Shown here: piece by piece, positions 36,400 to 50,653 of the stretch
Position numbering within the stretch: position 1 is the stretch's first letter
Layout: every line of letters starts with the position of its first letter
DNA from: Octopus bimaculoides
Lineage: Eukaryota
Reading direction: 5' to 3'
Assembly: GCF_001194135.2 (NCBI RefSeq)
Contig: NC_068998.1
Span: 30,514,856-30,567,169 of the forward strand
DNA length: 52,314 nucleotides
Program-made: the position numbers and the translations under genes
The notes under the pieces: generated by a model
What the model saw: only the letters and a program-made list of their open reading frames with translations
Database searches by the model: none
What the model was told of the DNA's origin: nothing

Positions 36400-37270
36400 G
36401 TGGGACACAACGCTCCTAGCACTCAGTTTCACTGATGTGGGTGGGTCTTCTCTAGAACCTCATCTCGCTAAACATCTTGGTCCATTGTCATTTCCTCTGT
36501 GAGCCCTAACATTTTCACCACTTCATCCCATGTCTTCTTGGATCGCTCTCCTCCACAGGTACCATCCACAGTGACAGGCACTTCTGTATACTGCTGTTTT
36601 TACCCATACACATCACATGTCCAAACCAACACATTCTTCTCTCTTGCATGCCACATTTAATTTCTCTTATGCCTAACTTTTCTCTCAACATAGTTGTGGT
36701 TTGTCAGTCATGCATACTGATGTTGCAAATCCAATGGAGCATACTATCTTCATTCCTCTCCAGTTTAGGCATGTCCTCCACATTCAGAGCCCATGTCTCA
36801 CTACCATGGAGTATAGCTGTTCATACACAAGCATCATACAATTTACCTTTCACTCTGAGAAAGAGTCCTTTTGTTGCCAACAGAGGTAGTAGTTCTCTGA
36901 ACTTCCTCCATCCTATTCTTATTCTAGAAACATTATTTTCAGAGCATCCACCATCATTACTAATTTGGTCACCTAAGTAGTAGAAACTATCTACTACCTC
37001 AAGAGAACCTCATGGAGGTTTCAGAGAGTTTAAATCCTATTTGTTCTTAGTGCTTATTGTTCCTGTGCATCTGCCACACACAAAAGCTACCTTATCTGTT
37101 AATATACCTGTGATTCTACTGGATCTCTTGTGTCCATAGCGTACACTGGATGCAGCAAATGGAATTACATTCCTCTCCATTCACCTGATGGAAAGAGAGT
37201 CTTAACTGCTTTCTTGCTAACAACAACTTTAGTCTTTGTTAGGTTAACTTTAAGGCCCTTTGATTCCAGA
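36400..37270 (-). mobile_element. RTE-clade LINE fragment
   Basis: Reverse complement of the RT C-terminal region seen at 28440-29300. Confidence 0.85.
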
Positions 37271-37283
37271 TTTTGAACATATA

Positions 37284-37600
37284 TCATCATCATCATCATC
37301 ATCATTTAACATCTGTGTTCCATGCTAGCATGGGTGGAATGGTACCACAAGAGCCAGCCAGGCTGAGCCTGCACCAGAGTTCTGTGACTGTATTGGCAGG
37401 ATTTTTACAGCTGGATGCCCTTCCTAACACCAACCACTCATGATGTATATATATATGCATATATATATGTACAGGTGCAGGCCATGACTGTGGGGTAAGA
37501 AGCTTGCTTCTCAACCACATAGCTTTGGATTCAGTCCCACTGTGTGGCACCTTGGGCAAGTGTATTCTCCTATAGCCTTGAGCTGACCAAAGCCTTAGCC
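37284..37600. mobile_element. RTE tail (minus, ~37284-37440) adjacent to a SINE head (plus, ~37480-37600)
   Basis: (CAT)n tail motif; ggcaccttgggcaagtgt. Confidence 0.7.
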
Positions 37601-37625
37601 TGTCATATATATATANNNNNNNNNN

Positions 37626-40600
37626 AAAGACGAAGACAGGTGGTGTAGACAACAAACATGTATTAGTTTAACGCTTGGGAAGTGAAAAAGTCTTTAATCT
37701 TTCGAGCCTATGTTCTTCCACAGAAAGGAACACAGAAAGGAACAAGAAGAGAAAATAAAGAATGTGTAGTGGCTAGCGATCTATCATGGCAAATGCCAGA
37801 CAGAGGGGTTATAGAGGAGAGCGAGGAAGGGGAGATAATAAAGTAGTGGTGTTCCCAAAACGAAGGTGCACATGCGTGTGTATAAGAGAGCATGTATGTG
37901 CATGTGGAAGAGGGCTGGTGACCTTGACATGTGCGTGTGTGTGTGTGTAGGTGTGTGGATGTGAGACTGGGAAGTGGTCAGTGCTAGTGTGTGTATGGTG
38001 GTGTGATGTGATGTGGTGTTGTGTGGCATGGTGGTGTATGGTGTAGTGGTGTGGTGCGGTGATGGTGTTGGGAGGTGAGGGAAGGCAAGGGTGGGGAAAG
38101 CAAGGGTGGAATGTGGGGTAGGCTGAGGGTGAGGTTAGAGGTAGATATGTGGAAGTGGGTGTAAGGGATGGGATGGATAGGGAAGGTGGGGTTGCGAGGG
38201 GGGAGACGGTGGGTAGGAATGAAGAGAAGAGAGGAATCAGAGCAAGAGAGGAGAGTAGGAGTCAGAGCAAGAGAGGAGAGTAGGAGTCAGAGCAAGAGAG
38301 GAGAGGTGGGTAGGAGAAAGTAGGTGTGAGTGGGAGAGAGGAGGGGGAGGAGGCTACATGAAGAGGGGAGGAGAGTTGAGCCCATGTGGTGCAAAGGAGC
38401 GAAGAGAGAAGATTAATCCCTGTTCATGGCGCAAACAGGAGTCCGGATGGACCCAGTGCAAGAACAATCCGAACACAGACAAGTGTTGCAAAGAGTGACC
38501 GGTAAAGCAGAAATGGTGCGAGACTGGAGTGCCATTGCCGAGTCAGATGTCTCAGGTGTTCTGCGANNNNNNNNNNNNNNNNNNNNNNNNNNNNNNNNNN
38601 NNNNNNNNNNNNNNNNNNNNNNNNNNNNNNNNNNNNNNNNNNNNNNNNNNNNNNNNNNNNNNNNNNNNNNNNNNNNNNNNNNNNNNNNNNNNNNNNNNNN
38701 NNNNNNNNNNNNNNNNNNNNNNNNNNNNNNNNNNNNNNNNNNNNNNNNNNNNNNNNNNNNNNNNNNNNNNNNNNNNNNNNNNNNNNNNNNNNNNNNNNNN
38801 NNNNNNNNNNNNNNNNNNNNNNNNNNNNNNNNNNGGGCAGGGAGAGCAGGGGATGCAGTAGATGACATTGGTAGAAGTCTAGGTGGAGTTGCTGATGTAA
38901 CAGGGTTGATGATGGGTGCCAGTGAGGAGGGTGGTGTTGGAGAGGTAAGGAGAAGTGTGGCAGCATGGGTGGGAGCAGGGGAACGAGCCAGGCTGGGAGG
39001 TTGGGTTGGGGAAGAAGCTGTGGACCAAGGTCTCGTAGGTTATGGGCTCATTTGAAGGAGGGGAGGGAAGATGTGTGAAGTGGTGGGGTTGGACTGGAGT
39101 CGCTGGAAGATTTCGTGAATGATGCATTGGAGAGGGAGGGTGGTAGCTGAGGTGAAATGGGAGACGGTGGGGCAGATGCAGGGGAGAGAGCAGATGCACG
39201 GTCCATGGAACACGCTCTGGTAAGGGCGGTGTGGGTAGTGGTGATGGGATATCCACGTAAGATGAAGTGGCGAGCCATGAGTTGAGACTGAGTCTCAAAG
39301 TCATGGTCATCACTACAGAGCCTGCGTATACAGAGGAATTGGGAATGGGGGATGGAAAGCTTGGTGTGTTTAAGGTGGGAGGAGGAGAAGTTGAGGTATG
39401 AGTGTAAGTCTGTGTGTTTGTAGTGGATGGAGGTAGTGAGAGTGAAGTTATGAATGCTGGCTGAAATGTCAAGAAAGGAGACAGGTGTCAGAGATAGTGC
39501 AGGAGATGTGGAGGGCAGGATAGAAAGATTTGACAAAAGAGAGAGAGGAGTCTAGATGTTCGTGGGAGAGTGAGATTGCACCGATACAGTCATCAATATA
39601 ATGGCCATATAGTTCGGGAATGGGACTAGTGAAACTTGAAAATATTTGGGCTTCAACATAGCCAACGAACAGGTTTGCATAGTTAGGGCCCATTCTCATT
39701 CCCATGGTCATTCCCAAGACCAGTTAGTAAAATCAACAGCAAACGAGAAGCAGTTGAGTGAAAGGACAAGTTTGGCCAGACGAACGGGTATGGATGTGTC
39801 AGGTTGGGTCGAAGGTCAAGGAAATGTTGGAGTGCACACAGCCCCTCATGGTGCAGGATCACCGTGTAAAGGCTCTGGATGTTGAGAGTGAAGAGAAGTT
39901 TAGAGGGGCCAGGAAGGAAGGAAAAAGAGTTGAACAAAGGAAGCGCATGGTTGGTGTCATGGATGTGAGAGGGGAGGGAAGCCACTAGGGAAGCAAAGAC
40001 ACGGTCAAGATATCTGGAGATGAGTTCGATGGGGAAGTTACAGGTGGAGTTGATGGAGCGGCCAAGGTTGTTTTGTGGATTTTGGGGAGGAAGTAAATAG
40101 TGGGGTTGCGAGGGTGCAGACAATGAGGTTGGAGGCGGTGGGGGTGGCCAGACGGAAGGAGGAGATGAGGTCATGGATAGTGGAGGACACAGTCTGTTGG
40201 TAGCTGGGTTTGGGGTCAGAGGGCAGTAGAAGGAGGTGACTTGAAGTTGGTGGAGAGCTTCTGCCTTGTAGAGTTCCACGCGCCACCCTTATCAGCCAGT
40301 TTTATGATGTCAGTGCGGCGTTGGAGACATCGAAGGGCCGAGAGTTCAGCTGGGGAGAGGTTCAGATGACGGGTATGCCTGGAAAGGTTAAAGCAGTCCA
40401 CAGCATGCTGGCAGGTGCCTGCAAAAAGATCGACTGCTTGGAACTGGCGTCCACAGGGATGGTTGGCGGCCCAGGTCAGTGAAGCAGTCCTCCTCATTAG
40501 ATGCAGGTGGAGTGTCATGGAAAAGCGAACACGAACTAACACAGCGCACAAAGCTGTGGATATCGGCATGAGTCCGAAATTCGCTGCTGGATGGAGTGAG

Positions 40601-40900
40601 GGGGATGAAGCGCAGACCCCTACTGAGGTGGGAGTGCTCCACCTCAGAGAGGGGAAGATCTGGAGGAATGGTAACAACAGACTGAAATGGAGAAGGGGTG
40701 GATGGGATAGAAGTAGGAGGGGCTGGGTATGGAGGGTATGTGTGCAGGGAGTTTGGAGGGACAGGGGGTTAGGTGAAGATGGGGGAGTTTATCAGGGAGG
40801 GAGAGGGGTAGCAGAGTGGAGAGTGGGGTGGAAATGGAGGCGGAAACCTTAAGGGGTGGGTGGTGACGTAAGCAGCGACTGAGAAACGAAATGTGACTAC
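37626..40900 (-). mobile_element. Penelope-like element, degraded but broadly complete (N-terminal region, RT, linker, GIY-YIG C-terminus beside a gap, long 3' region)
   Basis: LSRGLRFIP, IIKLADKGGA, MGMRMGPNYANLFVG, YIDDC, HYKHTDLHSYL..SQFLCIRRLCS, AEHLR..PVSHHF..EQGLIF. Confidence 0.88.
37692..37727 (-). ncRNA. Degenerate hammerhead-like motif at the PLE 3' end
   Basis: Minus strand: cttt-CTGTGGA-A gaac atag gctc-GAAA-gatt-aaag. A6 and stem III deviate. Confidence 0.35.
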
Positions 40901-40959
40901 AGAAAGGAGTTTTTTGAAAATTATTAGGGAAAGATGTGTGTGTGTAATTCTTTGTCTGT

Positions 40960-41160
40960 GTGTTTGTCCCAAAACCACTGCTTGACAACCAGGGCTATTG
41001 TGTTTGTATCCCCATTACTTAGTGGTTCAGTAAAAATGATCAATAGAATAAGTACTAGGCTTAAAAAAAAGTCCTGGGATCAATTTGTTTGACTAAAACC
41101 CTTCAAGGTGTTGCCTCTACATGGCCACACTCAAACGACTGAAACAAGTAAAGAAAAAAA
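40960..41160 (+). mobile_element. SINE 3' half
   Basis: Same family as 34995-35190. Confidence 0.7.
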
Positions 41161-41349
41161 AGGTAAAAGATAAAAGATATACACATATAATATATATATC
41201 TTATTCTTTTATTCTTTTACTTGTTTCAGTCATTGGATTGGCCATGCTGGAGCACCACCTTATATATGGCTGGATGGATTCAGAATCTATGGTTGTCATT
41301 TGTACTCAGCTGTCTGGACTACCACTCTCAACTGTAGTCACCCCACAGT

Positions 41350-41780
41350 GTCAAATTAATAGCAGAAGTTAAGGCAGTTCAGCAGTGCTACGGCAGGAAG
41401 ATTGCATCAATGGAACAGATGAGCAACTGGAAAAGACTGAAAGAGCTATGACTACTCCATGGAGTGAAGACAGGAGAAGTATGTATTGATATATGTATGG
41501 GAGACCCTGGAGGGGTTGACACCTAACTTTGGCATTAAGAGCTATACTAACCCCTGAACTGGACATCATTGTATTGTTCCCAGTTATCCTGTCAAGTGTA
41601 AGGACCATGCTTTTAGCTTGGGAATAGCCCACAGTTATTCAATGCCTTGCCAAAATATCTGAAGGATCTTCATGTAGTAGGAGTAGATGATTTCAAGAAA
41701 CAATTTGATTTTCTGCTGTCGAAGTCCCAAATGAAGCTGTATCATGGTAAGAAACTCAAAAGAAGGCAGCAGTGTCAAAC
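41350..41780 (+). mobile_element. CR1/L2-group LINE 3' fragment
   Basis: Remnants of YS(L)E.RREKY..IY.W, GPQLFN.LPK.L and DDFKKQFD.LLS.VP. Confidence 0.7.
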
Positions 41781-41860
41781 TCCCTCCTTTCCCAAAAGCC
41801 AATCACATAAGAATGGCCACTGAAAAGGCGATGACACTGGTGGTGCTGAAACACATAAAA

Positions 41861-41863
<3 letters not shown>

Positions 41864-41932
<69 letters not shown>
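41864..41932. repeat. (TA)n microsatellite
   Basis: Direct reading. Confidence 0.98.
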
Positions 41933-41938
<6 letters not shown>

Positions 41939-42289
41939 CCCAAAAAAACCCAGGCTAAAAGCAAAATACAGAAAAAAGTGTGAAAAAGCTATAAGGGCAA
42001 AACACGTCTATATGCAGATATTCTTGCATGCATGCACATACATCTATATGCGCATGTACCTGCACACATCCACAAGCGTGCACATAAGGTTCCATGTACA
42101 CATCTATAGACCCACAGGAAAAAAAGTAGGGTGGACGGGAGAATACAGAAAAAATATGTGTGAAAAATATACAAAACATTATCTCTATAAATATGCAAAA
42201 AATATATATAAAATATATAAGAAACCTAAGTAAAAAGTATAGAGAGATAAAAAGCTTGTATGTGGACACAATATAGAAAGCAAGTCCAA

Positions 42290-43390
42290 TCAGTAAACTC
42301 AGGAGGACCAAAAACGTAGCAAATATTTAGCCACTTGTAGACATGATCTGAAAAGTTCAGNNNNNNNNNNNNNNNNNNNNNNNNNNNNNNNNNNNNNNNN
42401 NNNNNNNNNNNNNNNNNNNNNNNNNNNNNNNNNNNNNNNNNNNNNNNNNNNNNNNNNNNNNNNNNNNNNNNNNNNNNNNNNNNNNNNNNNNNNNNNNNNN
42501 NNNNNNNNNNNNNNNNNNNNNNNNNNNNNNNNNNNNNNNNNNNNNNNNNNNNNNNNNNNNNNNNNNNNNNNNNNNNNNNNNNNNNNNNNNNNNNNNNNNN
42601 NNNNNNNNNNNNNNNNNNNNNNNNNNNNNNNNNNNNNNNNNNNNNNNNNNNNNNNNNNNNNNNNNNNNNNNNNNNNNNNNNNNNNNNNNNNNNNNNNNNN
42701 NNNNNNNNNNNNNNNNNNNNNNNNNNNNNNNNNNNNNNNNNNNNNNNNNNNNNNNNNNNNNNNNNNNNNNNNNNNNNNNNNNNNNNNNNNNNNNNNNNNN
42801 NNNNNNNNNNNNNNNNNNNNNNNNNNNNNNNNNNNNNNNNNNNNNNNNNNNNNNNNNNNNNNNNNNNNNNNNNNNNNNNNNNNNNNNNNNNNNNNNNNNN
42901 NNNNNNNNNNNNNNNNNNNNNNNNNNNNNNNNNNNNNNNNNNNNNNNNNNNNNNNNNCTTTCTATAACTATGGTTGACTGAAAAGTATCTGTCTATCAGT
43001 ACCAAGAAATACTTACCTATATTAAAGGTCACTTCGGGTGAGTAGGGGTGTGTGAACCAGATAGATTTATGTTTTCTTTTCTTTATTACTAGACTGGTGG
43101 CAGGTGTATAGGTTATTTCCTCGTTAAAACCACTATCTTTTAGAGCCTTATTACATACTGGGGCAACGCTATTAAAAATGTCCCTATCAGAGGAGAGGCT
43201 AGAAATTCTTTTACTAATGTTTTTAACTAAATTTTTAAACACTATGGGGGGATGGCAGGAACCCACATTGATATAACTAAGTCTATCGTTGGTCTTCTTA
43301 TAAGGCTTATAAATATTCTTATTTAGATCTAAGGACACATCTAGGTAATTGACAACCGTCAGATTGGTATCTTAGATCTATGGATGATGG
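42290..43390 (-). mobile_element. Penelope-like element 3' half spanning an N gap
   Basis: VVNYLDVSLDL, YKPYKK, CHPPIVFKNLVKNISKRISSLSS, IWFTHPYS. Confidence 0.85.
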
Positions 43391-43394
43391 CTCA

Positions 43395-45575
43395 CTTGCA
43401 TTTAATGAGGCTGCAAGGAGAGAGACTTGGAGACGCTACTATGAAAGGTTGCTAAATGAAGAGAATGAATGGGAGAAAGAAAGTCTGCCAAATATCGACC
43501 CAACAGAGACCAGCTATCTGAATTGACAGTACCTTGGTAGATAAAGCAATTAAGAGGCCCATCAGGAATCACTATAGAGATACTTAAAATATCTGGTGGT
43601 GTCAGCTAGAGTCTAGTTACCTGTATAGTGAATCAGGTGATACATGAAGGAGTCATACCCAATGAATGGTGTAGCAGCACCATAGTCAACTGCTACAAAG
43701 GTAAAGATGATGCATTAGATACAAATAATTACAGAGGTATCAAGTTATTGGATCAGGTAATGAAAGTCATGGAGAGGGTCATAGCCCAACTAATTAGGGA
43801 GAGAGTCAGTCTAGATGAGATGCAGTTTGGGTTTGTGCCAGGGAAAAGCACCACTGATTCTATATTTCTGGTAATACCTAGCCAAAGATAAACTTCTGTA
43901 CCTAGCTTTCGTTGACATGGAGAAAGCCTTTGACAGGGTCTCCCAATCCCTTATCTGGTGGTCAATGAGGAAACTAGGGATAGATGAGTGGTTAGTGAGA
44001 GCTGCACAAGCCATGTACAGCGATGCTGTCAGTAAGGTGAGGGTTGGCAACGAGTATAGCGAAGAATTCCTGGTACGGGGTAGGGATCCACCAAGGATCA
44101 GTCTTCAGCCCCCTCTTATTTATCATAGTCCTCTAGGCAATAACAGAGGAATTCAAGACAGGATGCTCCTGGGAGCTTCTCTATGCTGAAGACCTTGCTT
44201 TAATAGCTGAGTCACAATCAGAACTAGAGGAGAAGTTTCAGGTGTGGAAGCAAGGTCAAGAATCGATGGGCCTTAGAGTTAACATAGCAAAAACAAAAGT
44301 CTTAATAAGTTGGAAGGCAGACAAACCATGAATCCCATCAGGTAGATGGCCCTATTCAATCTGTAGAAAAAGCATAGGTAGAAACTCTATAAGATGTACC
44401 CAGTGTAAGCTATGGACATGTAAGAGGTGCAGCAATATCAAAGGGAGGCTAACAGGGAAGATAGTTTTTGTGTGTGGCAAATGCTCAGGAGCAATAAACA
44501 CTGAAAATGTGCAGAAAACAGCTTCCATCATATTCCAGCTTCCATTACCTAGGTGACCAAGTCAGTAGTGGGGTGGATGCTCTGAAAGTGAAGCTGCTAG
44601 AATAAGAATAGCCTGGGCAAAGTACAGAAAGCTCTTACCTCTGCTGGTGACAAAGGGCCTCTCGCTCAGAGAAAAGGTAGACTGTATGACTCGTGTGTGA
44701 ACAGCCATGCTACACAGCAATGAAACATGGGCTGTGATTGCTGAGGACATGCGTAAGCTTGCAAGGAATGAAGCCAGTATGCTCTGCTGGATGTGTAATA
44801 TCAGTGTGCATACATGACAGAGTGTAAGCGCCCTGAGAGAAAAGTTGGACTTAAGAAGCATCAGATGAGGTGTGCAAGAGAGATGACTGCTGGTATAGTC
44901 ACATGTTGCAAATGGATGGGGATGACTGTGAAAAAGTGTCACATCCAAGCAGTAGAGGGAACCTGTGGAAGAGGTAGACTCAGGAAGACCTGGGATGAGG
45001 TGGTGAAGCATGACCTCCATACATTCGGCCTCACTGAGACAATGACAAATGACCAAGACCTTTGCAGATATGCTGTGCTTGAGAAGATCCAGCAAGCCAA
45101 TTGAGACTATAACCGTGGCCTATGCCAGTGCAGCATAACCAGCCTTCAATCATTGGGCAATAAAATGCGCTTGCGAAGACCTGTTGAGGCAAGTGAAATC
45201 ATTGTTGTGGCCGATGACAGTACTGCCTGATTGGCACCCATACCAGTGGCATGTTAAAAGCACCATTTGAGCGTGATCATTGCCAGTGTCGCAAGACTGG
45301 CTCCTGTGCCGGTGGCAGGTGAAGAGCACCATTTGAGCGTGGTTGATAGCAGTATCACCTGACTGGCCCTCGTGCCGATGGCACGTAAAAAGCACCCACT
45401 ACACTCTCAGAGTGGTTGGCATTAGGAAGGGCATCCAGCTGTAGAAACTTTACGAGATCAGATGGAGCCTGGTGCAGCCTTCTGGCTCACCAGTCCTTAG
45501 TCACACCGTCCAACTCATGCCAGCATGAAAAGTGGAGTTAAATGACGACGACAATGATGATGGTGATAATGATGA
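43395..45575 (+). mobile_element. RTE-clade LINE, 5'-truncated, with 3' UTR hairpin array and (GAT)n tail
   Basis: NNYRGIKLL, MQFGFVPGKSTTD, MEKAFDRV, LYAEDL, GRGRLRKTW. Confidence 0.92.
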
Positions 45576-46460
45576 TTGTGTAATTGTACTTGGCACATCT
45601 TACACATAATATTCTTGTGTCTGCATGTTTGATTTATCTATCTGTACTTCATGGTTGTGTATCCATGCACATCTACGTACCTATTCATATACACTTATAT
45701 GGAAATATTTATGCACAGCAAAGTGTTAAAGCATATGTGTGAGCGTATAAACCAACGATATGTGCCTATAGACGTATGTTAATGTGACTTTGTATACATA
45801 TACATGCAGGACTGTGTAAATAAGCAAGTGTGTATGTATACATATAGCAATATATACTGGACTGTGTGAATATGTGAGTACACATGATTATATGTCAATA
45901 TTTACAAGTGCCATAAAGAAATGCAAGCCAAACCCAGTGGAGTGCAGCACAGAATGTGTGAATTCTCACCAAGTGGTATTCTATCACTGGCCATTAATTG
46001 GCACTAACTTCATTAATCCCTACTGAATTCCATGTGTAAGCATATGTATGTGTGCCAGATCAAATGTGTGTGTGTGTGTGTGTGCATTTGTACAAGTGTG
46101 TACATGCACCAGACCATGAATATGTGGGTGTCCGTACATCCATATCTACTAACGGATATATGTAATTTTTTGTTGCTTTATTGTGTTTATCTCTTTTTGT
46201 ATCTGATCTTTGCTATTGATCTTCTATGAGAATGAAACAGTATCCATCAATTAGACCAAGAAGAAAATATGCAGTAATAAGTTGTATGAAACAGTTTAAG
46301 TTTAACGAGATATTTCTTGAAATCACCCGAAGAGACACATCTATACCAAAGGAATCACCTAACCCAGTTGTGCAGTATCCCACTTGCAAGGGATTGATGC
46401 TAGATGGGTCAAAATGATTGATCAATAAAGATTCTCGAATCTTCCATCTTCTGTCTCTCA

Positions 46461-46830
46461 TTAACCCTTTTGTTACTATATTTCTGACCAAAATACACCT
46501 CTCATGAGTTTCAATTAAATTCTAAAATAATCATGAATTTAGACTAGTTTCATTAAACAACTGTAACTTTTTTACTTATCAACATATTAATGAGATATTT
46601 GGAACATAATTAAAGAAAGGGTTCTTAATCAATTCTATTGCATAACATTTGTCTCAAAGTGACTCTAATTACAGGTAAACTGAGCAAAAGGTAAAAATAT
46701 TAAAATTTTGTTTAAACATCACCATAGAAAATGAATCATCAGCTAATATTCAATTGGGTATGCAACAAAATTTTGATATAGAAGAATTGTGCATATCACT
46801 AGATTATCAGTTGAATTTAATGCATAACAG
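46461..46830 (+). mobile_element. piggyBac-type MITE or fragment, same family as 20147
   Basis: Shared sequence and TTAACCC start. Confidence 0.65.
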
Positions 46831-47735
46831 AACAGGTGTACCATAAAGGTGAAATAAACTGAAATACTGGAATCCACCTAAATCCACCGCAAGTTTGACC
46901 AAACTAAAAAAAATCGGTGAAAAAATAACATATAGTCCTGGTTATGGTATGGAAGTGATAAATTCCAGACCACATCGTAACCTAGGCCATGCTGACTAAC
47001 ATTATTTTCCCCGTATAAAAACTAAATCCACAGCAGTACCCAGTATTTGCTTCACAAATTTTCCAAACTTTGATCCCCCATTTCATGGGCTTTCCTGGCA
47101 TATACTGTTTGTTTACATTCTGTGTAACAGTTTGTTTCTGCAGTGATCACTTCAAACAAGCATACTGAAAAAAATAAAAGTCTAACGGTTTCACTTCCTA
47201 AGAAAAACTATGGATAGACCCCATCTCCTCAGAAAAATTGCTAATAAAAATATTTTTAAAGTTTTTATTTCATTCCAATGTAAAATCGTCTTTGCTGTCG
47301 CTATCGCTGCTTTGTTTCTTCAGAATCGCTGCTTTCGGTTTCAGATACAGAAATATCCTATTCGTTTTTGTACACCACGTGCTTTTGTATCTCATTCATT
47401 CTTTTTCTCGATATCTCCATATTTTCCATTCAAAAACCTTTAAATTCGGAATCACTGCTTGATAGCATGAAACTCCTATCCATTTTGAAAGTTGAGAAAA
47501 AAAATCGATGCTGAAACAATGTGGAAAAAAATCTCCCAAAATTCACTGAGTTCAAATATCACGTCAAACAATGTCGGATACTATAACTCAACTATTTACA
47601 AAGTGAAATCATGTATTTTCACAAATATACTAATGAGATTTGTGCTTAAATTCACATTTAAATAACAATGGGTACTCTCGGCCAGCTATGGCCGGGTTAG
47701 TATTGAAAGCATTAATTACATACCCAACAAACACT

Positions 47736-48826
47736 CAGTAGAGCGCAAATGGAGGAGACTAGCTGTGGATGTGATGCACTACCGTCAGGGAATGTATCTC
47801 ACCATGGTCGACTGTGAGCCAGGCCGGCAGGCCATTTGGAGGGAGTTGAGGACAGGCATTGCTGATGAGATTGCCAGGATTTTGAACGGGATATTCTTGG
47901 AGAGGGGTCCCGTAGAAGAACTGCTAATGGACAACGGGGCGGCCTTTCATTCGGAAGCGTTGGGGGAGATGTTCGACTGGTGGAAGGTGCGACGATTGTT
48001 CAGAGCAGGCCGAGCAGCAACGGAATTGTTGAGAGGCACCATCGNNNNNNNNNNNNNNNNNNNNNNNNNNNNNNNNNNNNNNNNNNNNNNNNNNNNNNNN
48101 NNNNNNNNNNNNNNNNNNNNNNNNNNNNNNNNNNNNNNNNNNNNNNNNNNNNNNNNNNNNNNNNNNNNNNNNNNNNNNNNNNNNNNNNNNNNNNNNNNNN
48201 NNNNNNNNNNNNNNNNNNNNNNNNNNNNNNNNNNNNNNNNNNNNNNNNNNNNNNNNNNNNNNNNNNNNNNNNNNNNNNNNNNNNNNNNNNNNNNNNNNNN
48301 NNNNNNNNNNNNNNNNNNNNNNNNNNNNNNNNNNNNNNNNNNNNNNNNNNNNNNNNNNNNNNNNNNNNNNNNNNNNNNNNNNNNNNNNNNNNNNNNNNNN
48401 NNNNNNNNNNNNNNNNNNNNNNNNNNNNNNNNNNNNNNNNNNNNNNNNNNNNNNNNNNNNNNNNNNNNNNNNNCTCAACGCGGTTGGATGGCGGACGTGA
48501 TCTTTAAGATCAGGGTGGTGTGTGGTATGACGTCAGCAATTGGGGAGGTGACCACTGACCAGAATCGTGAACTGACCGGAACGGCGAGCCGACCGGAAGA
48601 AGAAGGGCAGAGGGAGCCTCGATCGGGATTTTGTTCCTTTTTTGAATGGGGTTGTTGTGAGGAGCGGTCGTGCCAAGCGGTCGTCTAGGTGTTGGGAGAA
48701 GCAGCTGCTATTTCTAGTGTTCTTCGGGTTGGGCCAGTCACGAGGATCGGATACAGCAGGACAGACTCGTGCAAAGGAAGGAAACTGAGGTAAGCCGATT
48801 ACTTCTACTCGCACGCATACACCACA
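47736..48826 (+). mobile_element. Gypsy integrase fragment plus intact-looking 3' LTR (48521-48826)
   Basis: LAVDV..YLTMVDC..LMDNGAAF..SNGIVERHH; LTR ends TGTGGT...ACCACA. Confidence 0.85.
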
Positions 48827-48849
48827 GTCAACAAAAGTTCTAAGCAAGG

Positions 48850-49530
48850 CTCAGAAAAGAAAATTTGTATCCATAAAAATGAATAATGTGAATATAAAGT
48901 TACAAGTGGAAAAGGGCAGTGATATCATGACAACACAGATACATGGAAAAAAATCAGGAAACCAAGATTAAAGGAAACTTTGAAAATTGCATGTGGTATT
49001 TCAGGAAAAAAATTGCAATTCATGGACAAAATGATAAGTGATGTTACATTTCGTAGAAAAACCTTGAAATTCAAAGTTTTTGTGCTGAACAATACAAGAA
49101 ATTTATTTGGAACAGACTGGATAGAATCATATAAATTATGGGACCTCCCCAAAAATATTTTTTGTAAAACTGTGAATGGTTCTTCTGCTAGAACATATAA
49201 GGCATCAGTGATTTAAGAAAAACATTTTTCTAATGAATTAGGTCTTTGCATCAAAACAAAAGCAAAGTTTCAAGTAAAAGAAAACACTATACCAGTATTT
49301 AAACCAAAAAGAACTGCACCTTTTGTTGCAGAGTTCAAAAGTCAACAAAGAATTGGATAGACTTGAAAGGCTTGGCGTTATTGAAAAAAATTGATTACAC
49401 AAAATGGGCATCTCCAACAATTTATATTAAGAAATAAAATAAAACCCAAGTATGTACTGATTTTTCAACAGGTTTAAATAAATGTTTGATGCCATATAAT
49501 TACCTGTTATCAAGTCTGAAGAGAATTTTT
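48850..49530 (+). mobile_element. Older Gypsy pol remnant (protease-RT start)
   Basis: NLFGTDWI, PVFKPKR, KWASPT..KK, VCTDFSTGLN. Confidence 0.75.
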
Positions 49531-49809
49531 GGACCTATTTGAGTACTGGAGTGGCTGGACTACACCTGCCCAAGACCCTGAGAACAACAGGCAGGTAAAA
49601 AGAATGACTGCACATGCAATAGGGGCTAGCATAAGAACCACATAGTAAAGTTTAACAAGAAACTACATATGCAGGTTCAAGGTGCAGCCATTGGTGTTGG
49701 TGTGGCTGAAGATGTTGCCGGCCCCTTCATGACTTGTCGGGACAGAAAACTATAACAATCCTAAGCATTGTAGGAATGTACATGAAATTAACATTCTAGT
49801 TAACATTTT

Positions 49810-50169
<360 letters not shown>

Positions 50170-50170
<1 letters not shown>

Positions 50171-50550
50171 CTCTTTTACTCGTTTCAGTCATTTGACTGC
50201 GGCCATGCTGGAGCACCACCTTTAGTCGAGCAGATCGACCTCAGGACTTATTCTTTGGAAGCCTAGTACTTATTCTATCGGTCTCCTTTTGTTGAACCGC
50301 TAAGTTACGGGGACGTAAACACACCAGCATCGGTTGTCAAGCAATGGTGGGGGGACAAAAACACACATACACACATATATACATATACATATATATACAA
50401 CGAGCTTCTTTCAGTTTCCAGCTACCAAATCCACTCACAAGGCTTTGGTCGGCCCAAGGCTATAGTAGAAGACACTTGCCCAAGGTGCCACGCAGTGGGA
50501 CTGAACCCAGAACCATGTGGTTGGTAAGCAAGCTACTTACCACACAGCCA
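50170..50550 (-). mobile_element. Complete tRNA-derived SINE (head, CORE-like segment, microsatellite linker, tail)
   Basis: Same family as 23005-23390. Confidence 0.85.
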
Positions 50551-50653
50551 ATATCATATATTCTTTATATTCTTTTCTATTTATGTATTATATATTCTTT
50601 ATATTCCTTTCTATTTATAAATATGATATATATACGTATCATATATATTATAT

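Noticed and set aside
38234-38308. Three 25-bp tandem units (gagtcagagcaagagaggagagtag)
   Set aside because: Ordinary slippage in a purine-rich PLE 3' region.
46213-46491. 92-aa minus-strand ORF in unique-looking sequence
   Set aside because: No recognisable motif or splice context, and its start lies in the MITE.
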